From Nitrosopumilus sp. (GTDB lineage: Archaea > Thermoproteota > Nitrososphaeria > Nitrososphaerales > Nitrosopumilaceae), in contig OY763927.2 in the NCBI GenBank assembly GCA_963667665.2, positions 384,001 to 448,000 of the forward strand: DNA of 64,000 bases. Reading direction: 5' to 3'. Below the pieces are notes generated by a model. That model was not told the DNA's origin. It was given only the letters and a program-made list of their open reading frames with translations, and searched no databases. Both the position numbers and the translations under genes were made by a program. Positions 53,663-64,000 of the stretch are shown piece by piece (the first letter of the stretch is position 1; every line of letters starts with the position of its first letter).

Positions 53663-54661
53663 ATGGCAAAAACATGGAAAGATAACGATATCAGTCTTGA
53701 CCCATTAAAGGATCAAACTATTGCTGTAATTGGTTATGGCATTCAAGGTGATGCACAAGCTAACAATATGAAAGACTCTGGTCTTAATGTGATAATTGGT
53801 CTTAAAGAAGGTGGTAATAGCTGGAAAAAGGCAGAAGCTGATGGTCACAAAGTAATGTCAGTTGCAGAGGCAACAAAACAAGGAGACATTATTCATGTGT
53901 TGATTCCTGATATGATTCAAGCTCAAGTGTACAAAGATGAAATTGAACCAAATCTTTCTGAAGGAAAAGCATTGGCATTTTCTCATGCAGCTGCAATCTA
54001 TTGGAAATGGATTGTAGCCCCAAAAAATGTTGATCTTATTATGGTTGCACCAAAAGGACCTGGCTCCAAAGTTCGAGAAACATATCTTGATAATTTTGGA
54101 ACTCCTTCAATTATTGCAGTTGAACAAGATTTTACAGGAAAAGCTTGGGATAGAACATTAGGAATGGCAAAAGCCATAGGCAGTGCTAGAGCCGGATTAA
54201 TTAAAACTACTTTCAAAGAAGAAGTGGAAACTGATTGGTTTGGTGAGCAAGCAGACCTTTGTGGTGGTGCAGCTTCTATGGTAACAAATGCATTTGAAAC
54301 TCTAGTTGAAGCAGGATATCAGCCAGAAATTGCATACTTTGAAGTTTTACATGAACTCAAACTCATTGTAGATATGATTCAGAAGTATGGAATCAATGGA
54401 ATGTGGAGACGTGTTAGTGAAACTGCCAGATATGGTGGCCTAACTCGTGGCCCAATGGTAATGGATTCTGAAAACAAAGAAAAAATGAAAAAAGTTCTTA
54501 CCATGATTCAAGATGGCACATTTAACAAAGAGTGGATTTCTGAATATCAAAAAAGTGGTAAAGATGCATTTGACAAATACATGAAACAATATGACGAACA
54601 CCAAATTGAAAAAGTTGGTAAAGAAATGCGTAAAATGATGTGGCCTGATTCCACAGAATAA
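53663..54661 (+). CDS. ilvC: Ketol-acid reductoisomerase
   Basis: IGYGIQG, APKGPG, ETDWFGEQ..LCGG, AYFEVLHELKLIVD. Confidence 0.98.
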   Translation: MAKTWKDNDISLDPLKDQTIAVIGYGIQGDAQANNMKDSGLNVIIGLKEGGNSWKKAEADGHKVMSVAEATKQGDIIHVLIPDMIQAQVYKDEIEPNLSEGKALAFSHAAAIYWKWIVAPKNVDLIMVAPKGPGSKVRETYLDNFGTPSIIAVEQDFTGKAWDRTLGMAKAIGSARAGLIKTTFKEEVETDWFGEQADLCGGAASMVTNAFETLVEAGYQPEIAYFEVLHELKLIVDMIQKYGINGMWRRVSETARYGGLTRGPMVMDSENKEKMKKVLTMIQDGTFNKEWISEYQKSGKDAFDKYMKQYDEHQIEKVGKEMRKMMWPDSTE

Positions 54662-54669
54662 TCTTTTTC

Positions 54670-55092
54670 TTATATTTTTCTTAATTTAGAAGCACCAGCA
54701 GTAATGTTATCAATGATTGTTGGTAGTGGTGTACCTGGACCAAACACATGCTTCACTCCTGATTTAATCAAATCTTTGTGGTCTATATCTGGAATAACTC
54801 CTCCACCAACAATAAGAACATCGTTGATTCCTTTCTTTTTTATTGCTTTTACTACTCTGGGAAAAAGTGTTCCATGTGCACCATTAAGTAAACTCATTGC
54901 AACTGCATCCACATCTTCATCTTCAGCAATCTGTGCAATTCTTTCTGGTGTTGCAAAAAGTCCTGAATAAATTACTTCCATTCCTGCATCCCTAAATGCT
55001 CTACACAATACTAGTGCCCCTCTATCGTGACCATCAAGACCTAGTTTAGCAACTAAAATTTTGATGCTTCGTGATGCGGTTTTTTGCTTCAT
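54670..55092 (-). CDS. Methylmalonyl-CoA mutase small (B12-binding) subunit
   Basis: AKLGLDGHDRG, GGGVIP, FGPGT. Confidence 0.95.
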   Translation of the reverse strand: MKQKTASRSIKILVAKLGLDGHDRGALVLCRAFRDAGMEVIYSGLFATPERIAQIAEDEDVDAVAMSLLNGAHGTLFPRVVKAIKKKGINDVLIVGGGVIPDIDHKDLIKSGVKHVFGPGTPLPTIIDNITAGASKLRKI

Positions 55093-55209
55093 ATTAATAA
55101 TTGAATATTGTATATTTTAAAACTTTATTTGGTTTTATTATCTGTGAAAATAATCTACAGTTTACAAGAATAGAAAATCTACTTAAAGCGTAACTAAAGT
55201 ACCTCAGAC

Positions 55210-57714
55210 GTGGATGTTACACCAATTAATTATGAATTAACTTTTGAGCCTGATCTAAAAAGATTCACGTTTGATGGAACTGAATCAATTTCAGTAGTTT
55301 GCAACAAATCTACAAGCATAATTACAATGCATTGCGCTGAACTAAAGATAAAATCATGTGTGATAAAATCTGCAGGAAAACTCATCAAATCCACTCTAAA
55401 AATCAATGAGAAAAAAGAAGAATTAGAAATCAAACTAGAGTCAAAAATTAAAGGCAAAGCGATAATCAACTTGGAGTTTCAAGGAATTTTAAATGATAGA
55501 CTACTTGGATTTTATCGAAGTCAGTACAAACAGGGTGGTAAAACAAAATATCTTGCTACCACTCAGTTTGAGGCAGCAGATGCTAGACGTGCATTTCCTT
55601 GCTGGGATGAACCTCAAACAAAGGCAACATTTGATATTTCAATAATTGCAGAGAACAAATTTACTGCAATTTCAAACATGCCAGTAAAGTCAAAGAAAAA
55701 AATTGGAAATAAAACAATTTACAAATTTTTCAAAACTCCACTAGTTTCAACATATTTAATTTATCTTGGTGTTGGGGAATTTGAATATCTAACTGGAAAG
55801 GCTGGTAAAATAAAGATTAGAGTAATTACTACAAAAGGAAATAAATCTAAAGGAAAGTTTTCATTAGAATTAGGAAAAAAACTTCTTACATCTTATGAAA
55901 AATATTTTGGAATAAAATATCCATTACCTAAACTTGATTTGATTGCAATTCCAGACTTTGCAGCAGGTGCAATGGAAAATTGGGGTGCAATAACTTTCCG
56001 AGAAACAATTTTACTTTATGATCCTAAAACATCTTCTACTAGGACAAAACAATTCATTGCTGAAGTAATTTCTCATGAGATTGCACATATGTGGTTTGGA
56101 AATCTTGTTACAATGAAGTGGTGGAATGATTTGTGGCTAAATGAAAGCTTTGCCACTTTTATGGCTACAAAGTTTGTTGATAAATTCTATCCTGAATGGA
56201 ATCTTTGGGACCAATTCATTGAAGATGCAATGAATGTTGCCATGGGATTAGATTCACTAAAGACAACTCACCCAATTGATGTTAAAGTAAATTCTCCTAC
56301 AGAAATTAGAGAAATTTTTGATGCTATATCTTATGATAAAGGAGGTTGTGTCTTGAGAATGCTTGAAAATTATGTTGGTGAGACTAACTTTAGAGCAGGA
56401 CTCAAAAAATATCTCTCTTCTTTCAAATATGATAATGCCACAGGACAAGATTTGTGGAATGCAATTGGCAAAGCATCAAAAATGCCAGTAAGTGCTATGG
56501 TAAATTCATGGCTAAAACAGCCTGGATTCCCTCAAGTGGATATTTCCCAGAAAAATAATACTTTGATCATGAAACAGAGTCGATTCCTAATGGAACCCAC
56601 AAAGAAAACTCAGAAGGGATTATGGCAAATACCAATTACATACGGATTGGGAAAAGAAACTAAAACCAAACTAATCACAAAAAAATCAATTACTGTAAAA
56701 TTACCAAAAGGTCCAGGGTTTGTTGCAAACATTAACCGAACTGGATTTTATCGTGTAAAGTATGATGATGGAATTTTACTTGATCTAAAAATGCTAGTAG
56801 ATCAAAAACAAATTCCACATGTAGATAGATGGGCAATTCAAAATGATTTGTTTGCGTTATGTGTTGCAGGAAAAGAGGATGTTCTAAACTATCTTGATTT
56901 CTCTGACGCATATTTTGATGAAGATTCATATCTTCCACAAGCCAATGTTGCAAACAATCTTAACTTTTTAGCATCATTAACATTTTTTGAAGATTTTGCT
57001 GATGAGATTAAAGAATATGCAATTAATTATTTAAGAAAAATTTTTTCTCATCTTGGATGGGAACCACAAAAATCAGACAAACATACTGATGCATTTATGC
57101 GTGGATTTTCAATTTTTGCATTAGGCAAACTTGGTGATGACTCTATAATTGAACAAGCAGAATTAAAATTTAAAGCATTTTTGAGAAAACCATCTACATT
57201 ACATCCCGATATTCGTGAACCTGTATTTTCATTGATTGCATGGAATGGAAACGCAAAGACTCATTCTCAATTTGTTTCATTATACAAAAAGGCAAATACA
57301 ATGGAAGAAAAACTACGATTCTTAAGTGCATTATGTAATTTCCGATATGAAAAACTTTTGATCAAGACCTTACAATTTTCATTGACATCTGAAGTTCGCT
57401 CTCAAAACATGCAATTACCTATTATGAGAATAGCTGGAAATCCCTATGGAAAAAAGATTTTGTGGTCATGGCTAAAGAAAAATTGGGGTAAGCTAAGCAA
57501 AAAAGTAGGTAGCGGTAATCCATTATTTAATAGAATTGTGGCAAGTATTTCATTAATTGCTGATGACTCTATGGAAAAAGAAATTATACAATTCTTCAAA
57601 TCTAATCCTACTCCTGGAACAGAAAGAACACAAGCTCAAACACTAGAAAGAATTCGAATTCACTCTAAATTCTTAAGACGTATGAAAAAAGAATTCAAAA
57701 ACCAGCATGGCTAG
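55210..57714 (+). CDS. M1 family aminopeptidase
   Basis: GAMENWG, HEIAH.W...WLNE, YDKGG, ERAP1-like C-terminus. Confidence 0.97.
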   Translation: MDVTPINYELTFEPDLKRFTFDGTESISVVCNKSTSIITMHCAELKIKSCVIKSAGKLIKSTLKINEKKEELEIKLESKIKGKAIINLEFQGILNDRLLGFYRSQYKQGGKTKYLATTQFEAADARRAFPCWDEPQTKATFDISIIAENKFTAISNMPVKSKKKIGNKTIYKFFKTPLVSTYLIYLGVGEFEYLTGKAGKIKIRVITTKGNKSKGKFSLELGKKLLTSYEKYFGIKYPLPKLDLIAIPDFAAGAMENWGAITFRETILLYDPKTSSTRTKQFIAEVISHEIAHMWFGNLVTMKWWNDLWLNESFATFMATKFVDKFYPEWNLWDQFIEDAMNVAMGLDSLKTTHPIDVKVNSPTEIREIFDAISYDKGGCVLRMLENYVGETNFRAGLKKYLSSFKYDNATGQDLWNAIGKASKMPVSAMVNSWLKQPGFPQVDISQKNNTLIMKQSRFLMEPTKKTQKGLWQIPITYGLGKETKTKLITKKSITVKLPKGPGFVANINRTGFYRVKYDDGILLDLKMLVDQKQIPHVDRWAIQNDLFALCVAGKEDVLNYLDFSDAYFDEDSYLPQANVANNLNFLASLTFFEDFADEIKEYAINYLRKIFSHLGWEPQKSDKHTDAFMRGFSIFALGKLGDDSIIEQAELKFKAFLRKPSTLHPDIREPVFSLIAWNGNAKTHSQFVSLYKKANTMEEKLRFLSALCNFRYEKLLIKTLQFSLTSEVRSQNMQLPIMRIAGNPYGKKILWSWLKKNWGKLSKKVGSGNPLFNRIVASISLIADDSMEKEIIQFFKSNPTPGTERTQAQTLERIRIHSKFLRRMKKEFKNQHG

Positions 57715-58114
57715 AAAAATTCTACCTGTAGTTTCTCTTGTCATAATTACTGTTTTTGCACTAGTTTTTCTTATAGGTGGTGGAACAGATGATAAAGACA
57801 TTCTTCGCCAAACATTTCAGATAGATGCAGTATACTATGATTCTGGACATGTTGAGATTTCTTATTTTGATAAATCTGGTAAAACAAATTTTGTTGTTAT
57901 GGAAATTCTTGGAATGGAGGAATCTTTCCAAAAAACGTTTTCAGATTCTGAATTTATTGAAATTGTTCCATTTCCAAATATACCAAAATATGGTTGGCCA
58001 ATTCATCCGGTAGTTTTAGAAATTGATCATAAAGAATTTGGTCACATTCAATTAAAAACTGAAATTCATCCGCTTGGTGAACCTGTTCCTCATGTAATCT
58101 ATTCTAGACCCTAG
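57707..58114 (+). CDS. Membrane-anchored hypothetical protein
   Basis: N-terminal TM; overlaps the upstream stop. Confidence 0.75.
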   Translation: MARKILPVVSLVIITVFALVFLIGGGTDDKDILRQTFQIDAVYYDSGHVEISYFDKSGKTNFVVMEILGMEESFQKTFSDSEFIEIVPFPNIPKYGWPIHPVVLEIDHKEFGHIQLKTEIHPLGEPVPHVIYSRP

Positions 58115-58158
58115 ATCGTACACAAGACTTTATTGCTGCTCTGAAAACTTACTGTGTA

Positions 58159-59076
58159 TTGGATTTGCTTGTGGATCTAAAAAAAGGAAAACGTGGTGCA
58201 ATTGCAAAAGCAATCTCTGTCGTTGAAAATGATCCAAAACAAGCAAGAAAACTCATAAAGAAAATTTTCAAAAATTCTGGTAACTCTATTGTGATAGGAA
58301 TAACCGGACCTGCAGGTTCTGGAAAAAGTTCTTTGATTAACAAAACTGTAATTGCTATGAAAAAATTAGGCACAAAACCAGCTGTATTGGCAATTGATCC
58401 AACTAGTCATATTACTGGCGGAGCAATATTGGGTGATAGAGTTAGAATGACTGAATCAACTGATTCAGGTACCTATATTCGAAGTATTGCCTCACGTGGA
58501 GCATCTGGTGCAATATCTAATTCACTAAGAAACAGTATTCGCATTTTAGAATATTCTGGATTCAATCCAATAATTATTGAAAGTGTGGGGGCTGGGCAAA
58601 CTGAAGTTGAAATTTCAAAAATTGCAGATATCACAGTTGTAGTTTTTAATCCTAACACTGGTGATAGTATACAAACAATCAAAGCTGGCCTGACTGAAAT
58701 TGGTGACATATACATTGTAAACAAAAGTGACCTTAGTGGAACAAATCAGCTATTTGATGCAGTACTAGACTATATCGGAGGTACAGAACGAAATCCAATA
58801 GTTCTAAAAACATCTGTAAAAAAGAATTCTGGAATTACAGTATTTGCAAAGACTCTCAAAGACATGATGAAATCCAAAAAGAAATTCAAGAAAGATAAAA
58901 ACCAAGAACGACTTGAAGCAGAATTAAAAGATATTGTTTTAAATAACTTCAAAGGAAAGATTGATGATATGTTAGATTCTGATAAAATATTTTCAAAATA
59001 TCTTAAAAAATTACAATTAAAAAGCATTGACCCGTTTGAAGCTGGAGATAAAATTACAAAATCTTTGTTAAAGTGA
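58159..59076 (+). CDS. meaB: Methylmalonyl-CoA mutase-associated GTPase
   Basis: GITGPAGSGKSS, DPTS..TGGAILGDRVRM, ESVGAGQ.E, NKSD. Confidence 0.95.
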   Translation: MDLLVDLKKGKRGAIAKAISVVENDPKQARKLIKKIFKNSGNSIVIGITGPAGSGKSSLINKTVIAMKKLGTKPAVLAIDPTSHITGGAILGDRVRMTESTDSGTYIRSIASRGASGAISNSLRNSIRILEYSGFNPIIIESVGAGQTEVEISKIADITVVVFNPNTGDSIQTIKAGLTEIGDIYIVNKSDLSGTNQLFDAVLDYIGGTERNPIVLKTSVKKNSGITVFAKTLKDMMKSKKKFKKDKNQERLEAELKDIVLNNFKGKIDDMLDSDKIFSKYLKKLQLKSIDPFEAGDKITKSLLK

Positions 59077-59080
59077 TAAT

Positions 59081-60673
59081 ATGGTAACAAAAAAATCAAA
59101 AGCACCTGAAAAGAAAATATTTACCGACTCTTCATTTCTAGTTAAGAGAATATATCAAAAATCTTCTAAAAAGAAATCTGTAGAAGATGCAGGAACATAT
59201 CCATTCACTAGAGGAATTCATCCTGGAATGTTTCGTGAAAGATTTTGGACTATGCGACAGTATTCTGGTTTTGGTGATGCCAAACTTACCAATGAGCGAT
59301 TCAAATTCATGCTTGAAAAGGGTCAAACGGGTCTTAGCATGGCCTTTGACTTACCAACTCAGATTGGATATGATTCTGATTCACCACAAGCAGAAGGCGA
59401 AGTAGGTAAAGTTGGCGTATCAATAACATCCATTAAAGATATGATGACTGCCTTTAATGGAATTCCACTAGGAAAAGTTAGCTCTTCTATGACCATCAAC
59501 TCTACTGCATCAACACTACTTGCATACTATATTGCAGTTGGCGAATCACAGGGATTCAAAAGTCATGAACTTCGTGGTACTACTCAAAATGATATTTTAA
59601 AAGAATACATTGCAAGAAATACCTACATCTATCCTCCTCAACCATCAATGCGATTAATTGGTGACATGATAGTGTATTGTGCAGAAAAAGTTCCATCTTG
59701 GTACCCTGTTTCGATTTCTGGTTATCACATGAGAGAAGCTGGTTGTACTGCAACACAAGAAGTTGCATTTACATTGGCAAATGCTATTGCATATATCCAA
59801 ACTTGTTTGGATAAGGGATTAAAGATAGATGATTTTGCACCACGTCTTTCATTCTTTTTTTGTTGTACTATAGAATTCTTTGAAGAAGTTGCAAAGTTCA
59901 GAGTTGCACGTAAAGTTTATGCTAAAATCATGAAAGATATGTTTCATGCAAAAAATCCACGTTCTTTACAGCTAAAATTCCATACTCAAACTAGTGGTGA
60001 ATCATTAACTGCACAACAACCAAATAACAATATTGTCCGCGTTGCAATTCAAACTATGGCTGCAGTTGCTGGCGGTACACAATCTCTTCACACAAATTCT
60101 AGAGATGAAGCCCTTGCTTTACCTACACAAGAATCTGCAAAAATTGCTCTAAGAACCCAGCAAATTGTTGCTCATGAAAGTGGAATTACAAAAACTGCTG
60201 ATCCATTAGCAGGTTCATACTATCTAGAAGATCTATGTGATCAAATTGAGGACGGAGTATGGAAATATCTCAAAAAAATTCAAAAAATGGGTGGCTCTGT
60301 TAAAGCAATTGAGAAAGGATTCTTCCAATCAGAAATCAGACAGAATGCATATCGTCTAAAAAAAGAAGTTGATGCTAATGAAAGAATTCTTGTTGGCGTA
60401 AACAAGTACTCTGAAGAAGAAAAACAACCGGATTTACTTCGAGTTGGGGGTGAAGTTGAGATTCAACAGAAAAAGGCACTCAAAGCATTACGTACATCAC
60501 GGGACAAGAAGAAATGGGAAAAAGCGCTTTCTGCCATGCAGAGTGCAGCAGAAACAGAAGAAAATCTAATGCCTTACATAGTTACAGCTGCAAAAGCATT
60601 TGCTACAACTGGTGAAATTAGTAATACATTCAGAGAAGTGTTTGGCGAGTATCGTCCAAAAGAGGTCTTTTAG
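59081..60673 (+). CDS. Methylmalonyl-CoA mutase large subunit
   Basis: PFTRG, WTMRQYSGF, AFDLPTQ, QNDILKEY, TQSLHTN. Confidence 0.97.
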   Translation: MVTKKSKAPEKKIFTDSSFLVKRIYQKSSKKKSVEDAGTYPFTRGIHPGMFRERFWTMRQYSGFGDAKLTNERFKFMLEKGQTGLSMAFDLPTQIGYDSDSPQAEGEVGKVGVSITSIKDMMTAFNGIPLGKVSSSMTINSTASTLLAYYIAVGESQGFKSHELRGTTQNDILKEYIARNTYIYPPQPSMRLIGDMIVYCAEKVPSWYPVSISGYHMREAGCTATQEVAFTLANAIAYIQTCLDKGLKIDDFAPRLSFFFCCTIEFFEEVAKFRVARKVYAKIMKDMFHAKNPRSLQLKFHTQTSGESLTAQQPNNNIVRVAIQTMAAVAGGTQSLHTNSRDEALALPTQESAKIALRTQQIVAHESGITKTADPLAGSYYLEDLCDQIEDGVWKYLKKIQKMGGSVKAIEKGFFQSEIRQNAYRLKKEVDANERILVGVNKYSEEEKQPDLLRVGGEVEIQQKKALKALRTSRDKKKWEKALSAMQSAAETEENLMPYIVTAAKAFATTGEISNTFREVFGEYRPKEVF

Positions 60674-61069
60674 ATGAAGATTGATCATATTGCAATTGCA
60701 GTTAATGATGTAGAAGAATCAGCCAAAGTATACCAAGAAGCACTAGGTATTGACAGTGTAGAATTTGAAACAGTAGAATCTGAAGGTGTCAAAGTTGCAA
60801 TCATTCATTTAGAAAATGGTAGAATAGAGTTAATGCAACCAACTAATGATGTTAGTCCAATTAAAAAATTCCTAGATAAAAAAGGACAAGGACTTCACCA
60901 TATGGCATTAGAGACAGATAACATTGAAGGTGAAGTAGAACGAATGGAAGGATGTGGAATACAATTCTTAGGTAAAATAAGACCTGGATCTGCAGGAACC
61001 AAAGTTACTTTTATTCATCCGAAATCACTTTACGGTGTATTGACTGAACTTTGTTCTCATCCTAAATAA
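60674..61069 (+). CDS. mce: Methylmalonyl-CoA epimerase
   Basis: IDHIAIAV, IELMQP, GLHHMAL, FIHPK...GVLTEL. Confidence 0.96.
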   Translation: MKIDHIAIAVNDVEESAKVYQEALGIDSVEFETVESEGVKVAIIHLENGRIELMQPTNDVSPIKKFLDKKGQGLHHMALETDNIEGEVERMEGCGIQFLGKIRPGSAGTKVTFIHPKSLYGVLTELCSHPK

Positions 61070-61627
61070 TTATTCCATCATTTTCAAAGTATCAGAAGCT
61101 GTGATAATTCCTACAATTTTTGATTTTTTTGAAACTAGTATGCATTTTGAATATCTAATTAATGGAACAAGTACATTTGCTGGAGTATCATAGTCTACTA
61201 TTGGTGGAACTGGTTCCATTGTGTCTGCCAGTTTAGCTTTTTTTAATTCTACTTCTCCTCTGTCTGCAAGATGTTTCACAATTCCATCTTCAGATACAAC
61301 ACCTACAATTTCTGAATTATTAAAAACAGGAATCTGACTAATTGATAACTGATTCATCTTTTTTATTGCATCCTGAAGTGTGTTTGTTGGCTTTAGTTTT
61401 ACAATATCTTTACTACAAAAATCCCCTGCAATATGTGAAGAAGATTCACCTTCCAATTTTGTAAGATTATCAAAAATTTTCTTTGCTGTTTCATAGCTTG
61501 GCTGACTTCTTCCTGATTCTATCTGGTTAATCATTGAGGTGCTAACTCCAGTCATTGTGGCAAGTTTTTTCTGAGTAATGCCTAACTTTTGTCTTATCTG
61601 TTTAATAGAGTCAATTCTGGGAAACAA
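61070..61627 (-). CDS. HTH-XRE plus CBS-pair transcription regulator
   Basis: RQKLGITQKKLA...INQIESG; two CBS motifs. Confidence 0.93.
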   Translation of the reverse strand: MFPRIDSIKQIRQKLGITQKKLATMTGVSTSMINQIESGRSQPSYETAKKIFDNLTKLEGESSSHIAGDFCSKDIVKLKPTNTLQDAIKKMNQLSISQIPVFNNSEIVGVVSEDGIVKHLADRGEVELKKAKLADTMEPVPPIVDYDTPANVLVPLIRYSKCILVSKKSKIVGIITASDTLKMME

Positions 61628-61709
61628 TTCGTTTAGGATAGATCTAATTAGTTTTAAAATCTATAGTTTTATGATTAAATTTCTCAAAATTCTAGATTCA
61701 AATTATTTG

Positions 61710-61862
61710 TTATAGTTCTGTAAAGGAATTTTTATAACAATTTGGGTTTGCTTTGAGTTGATCTTCCACAATTTTTTTAGAAAATTTGTGTACTGTCATC
61801 ATATGTTTTGGAATATCATCACATTTTTTCTTACAGGTTCTGCACATGTATTTCATTACCAT
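61710..61862 (-). CDS. Small C2H2-like Zn-finger protein (50 aa)
   Basis: MVMKYMCRTCKKKCDDIPKHMMTVHKF...; hand translated. Confidence 0.7.
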   Translation of the reverse strand: MVMKYMCRTCKKKCDDIPKHMMTVHKFSKKIVEDQLKANPNCYKNSFTEL

Positions 61863-62532
61863 TAGGTTTCTGATGTTTTGCTGGCACTATTAGAACTGTT
61901 TGTTTTATTCAATTATCCCGTAATTGAATAAATTCCAGGCACGAATCTATATAACCTAAATGGGAAACAAACTGAGCCTAGTCTTTTGATTCGTCAGTCT
62001 TTTCATCAGAATCGTTTGCTCGGTCTCTAACTTTTTTTATAATACAAAATTTGCTTAGACTATTTAATAATCCCATATTTTTTTATATATTGTATCAACT
62101 TAAGGGTATTGGTACTAATAATTTTAGAATAGTCTTGAATCTATTGATGATGTACTCTAAAAAAAGAAAAAAACTCTTAGCTGAAGTTGATGATGTTATA
62201 ATCCAGAGAAAAACAATGATGCCAAATTAAGAGGATGAATGATAATTATATTTTGATTAATTGTTATATGAATAAAACTTATTTTAAAATTTTTTATAAA
62301 AAGAGTTTAGAATCTCGATTTAGATCGATACTGTTTTTGACAATAACTCTTGAATTCATGTTTATTTTAGATGTTCTATGAGTTGCAAAGAGGGGTTTAT
62401 TCATTATTTTGCATGGTTTGAGATACTATCAGAAAAGAGATGCATTCATTGCGGTAATGCAGAAACATAAGAGTTTCAAATCTATAGTTTATCCTAAGCA
62501 ATAATTCCTCTTTGCTTTTTTATTAATTTTGA

Positions 62533-64000
62533 TTATTTTTTCTTTGATCTTGTCTTTCTTGGTTGTTCAATTGCTGCTTGTGCTGCGGCAATAATAGCAA
62601 TTGGAATTCTATGTGGTGATGCACTTACATAAGTAAGGCCTTCACCATGGCAGAACTTGATAGAATTTGGATCTCCTCCATGTTCTCCACATATCCCAAT
62701 TTCCATGTTTGGTCTAACTTTACGTCCATGAGCAATACCTATTTTCATTAAACTACCTACGCCATTTTCATCAATTGACTGAAATGGATTTCTTTCAAGC
62801 AGTTCTTTTTCCATGTATTCTGGAAGGAATTTACCTTCTACATCTTCTCTACTAAAACTAAATGTTCCTTGTGTCAAGTCATTTGTACCAAAACTAAAGA
62901 ATTCGGCTGTACTTACAAGCTCATTTGCAGTTAATGCTGCTCTTACTACTTCGATCATAGTACCAAAGTTAATTGTTAGTTTCATTTTGTGTTTAGTTTC
63001 CATCTCCTTTTTGATTGAATCATAAATTTTCTTGATGTGGTTTAGCTCTGCAATACTGCTAATCTGTGGAATCATAATTTGTGGATGTGCCTTTACTTTT
63101 CTTTTTGTTAATTCCACTAGAGCTTCAAAAACAGCACGAATCTGCATCTCATAAATTTCTGGATATGTAATTCCAACTCTTACTCCTCTATGTCCCATCA
63201 TTGGGTTTATTTCTGCAAGCTCTCTTGCTCTTTTTAGAATATTTTTTGCTTCTTTAATTTGACTTGTTGCATTCTTTAATTCTAATTTATGAATTTTTTC
63301 TGCTAGTTCTTCAGGATTTGGCAAGAATTCATGCAATGGAGGATCTAACAATCTGATTGTAACTTCGTATCCTTCCATCGCCTTTAGAATTTCAATGAAG
63401 TCACTTTTTTGTAGATGGCCTAATTTTTTTAGAACTTTGGTTCTCTCCTCAATGTTTTCTGCCATTATCATATCCACAAACAAACTAATTCTATCACTTG
63501 CATTGAACATTCTTTCTGTTCTACACAAACCAATTCCTTGACCTCCAAATTTTCTTGCAAGTTTAGCACCTTCCGGTGTATCTGCATTTGCTCTAATTCC
63601 TAATGTTTTTGTTTTTTGTGCCCATTCTAAAATTTGCTCAAAGTCTTTTGTGACTTTTGGTTCTACAGTTGGAATTTCTCCAACAAAGACAGTACCTACA
63701 CTTCCATCGATAGAAACTGTTTCTCCTTCTTTGATGGTTATTCCATTTGCGGTGCATGTGTTATTATCATAATCAATTTTTAATTCTGCACATCCTACAA
63801 TGCATGGTTTTCCCATTCCTCTTGAGACAATTGCTGCATGAGATGATTTTCCTCCTAAACTAGTCAAAATCCCTTCTGCTGAGAAAAATGCAGGAACGTC
63901 TTCTGGTTTTGTTTCTTTTCTAATTAGAATAACTTTTTTTCCTGCTTCTCCTAATTCTATTGCTTTTTTTACGTCAAATATTACAATCCCACTTGCTGCT
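62533..64000 (-). CDS. ppdK: Pyruvate, phosphate dikinase, 3' part
   Basis: GGKSSHAAIVSRG, GIGLCRTE, E.NPMMGHRG, FSFGTNDL, GICGEHGG. Confidence 0.97.
   Translation of the reverse strand, partial: AASGIVIFDVKKAIELGEAGKKVILIRKETKPEDVPAFFSAEGILTSLGGKSSHAAIVSRGMGKPCIVGCAELKIDYDNNTCTANGITIKEGETVSIDGSVGTVFVGEIPTVEPKVTKDFEQILEWAQKTKTLGIRANADTPEGAKLARKFGGQGIGLCRTERMFNASDRISLFVDMIMAENIEERTKVLKKLGHLQKSDFIEILKAMEGYEVTIRLLDPPLHEFLPNPEELAEKIHKLELKNATSQIKEAKNILKRARELAEINPMMGHRGVRVGITYPEIYEMQIRAVFEALVELTKRKVKAHPQIMIPQISSIAELNHIKKIYDSIKKEMETKHKMKLTINFGTMIEVVRAALTANELVSTAEFFSFGTNDLTQGTFSFSREDVEGKFLPEYMEKELLERNPFQSIDENGVGSLMKIGIAHGRKVRPNMEIGICGEHGGDPNSIKFCHGEGLTYVSASPHRIPIAIIAAAQAAIEQPRKTRSKKK

Noticed and set aside
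54670-61069. Mutase/MeaB/epimerase cluster as a novel system
   Set aside because: Expected part of the thaumarchaeal 3-hydroxypropionate/4-hydroxybutyrate cycle.

Overview
Ammonia-oxidising archaeon of the Nitrosopumilus type; a sponge or other host association is plausible but is my inference. About 29-64 kb is AT-rich core genome: phaEC with AbrB-type regulator and phasin, tfb, birA, ychF, nreA, cysS, nadE, ahcY, metG, ilvC, methylmalonyl-CoA mutase/meaB/epimerase and ppdK. About 1-28 kb is a decaying accessory region. It contains: (i) relics of an IS6-like transposon family with long inverted repeats and defence cargo, including one bounded 2.57-kb copy (19718-22290, 42-bp TIRs, 8-bp target duplication GTCAAAAA) whose BcgI-alpha-like R-M gene is fused in frame to the transposase core; (ii) an ApeA/HEPN-like gene behind an array of 16-bp palindromes; (iii) a GC-richer block (~3.5-19.4 kb) with an ~11-kb surface-protein gene of 20 Ig-like modules, 7 of them carrying a P-domain inserted in the same loop, between IS481- and IS5-type elements; (iv) several chimeric gene junctions that look like microhomology-mediated deletions. 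No rRNA, tRNA or CRISPR array was recognised. Family assignments are from motif recognition by eye, not database searches.
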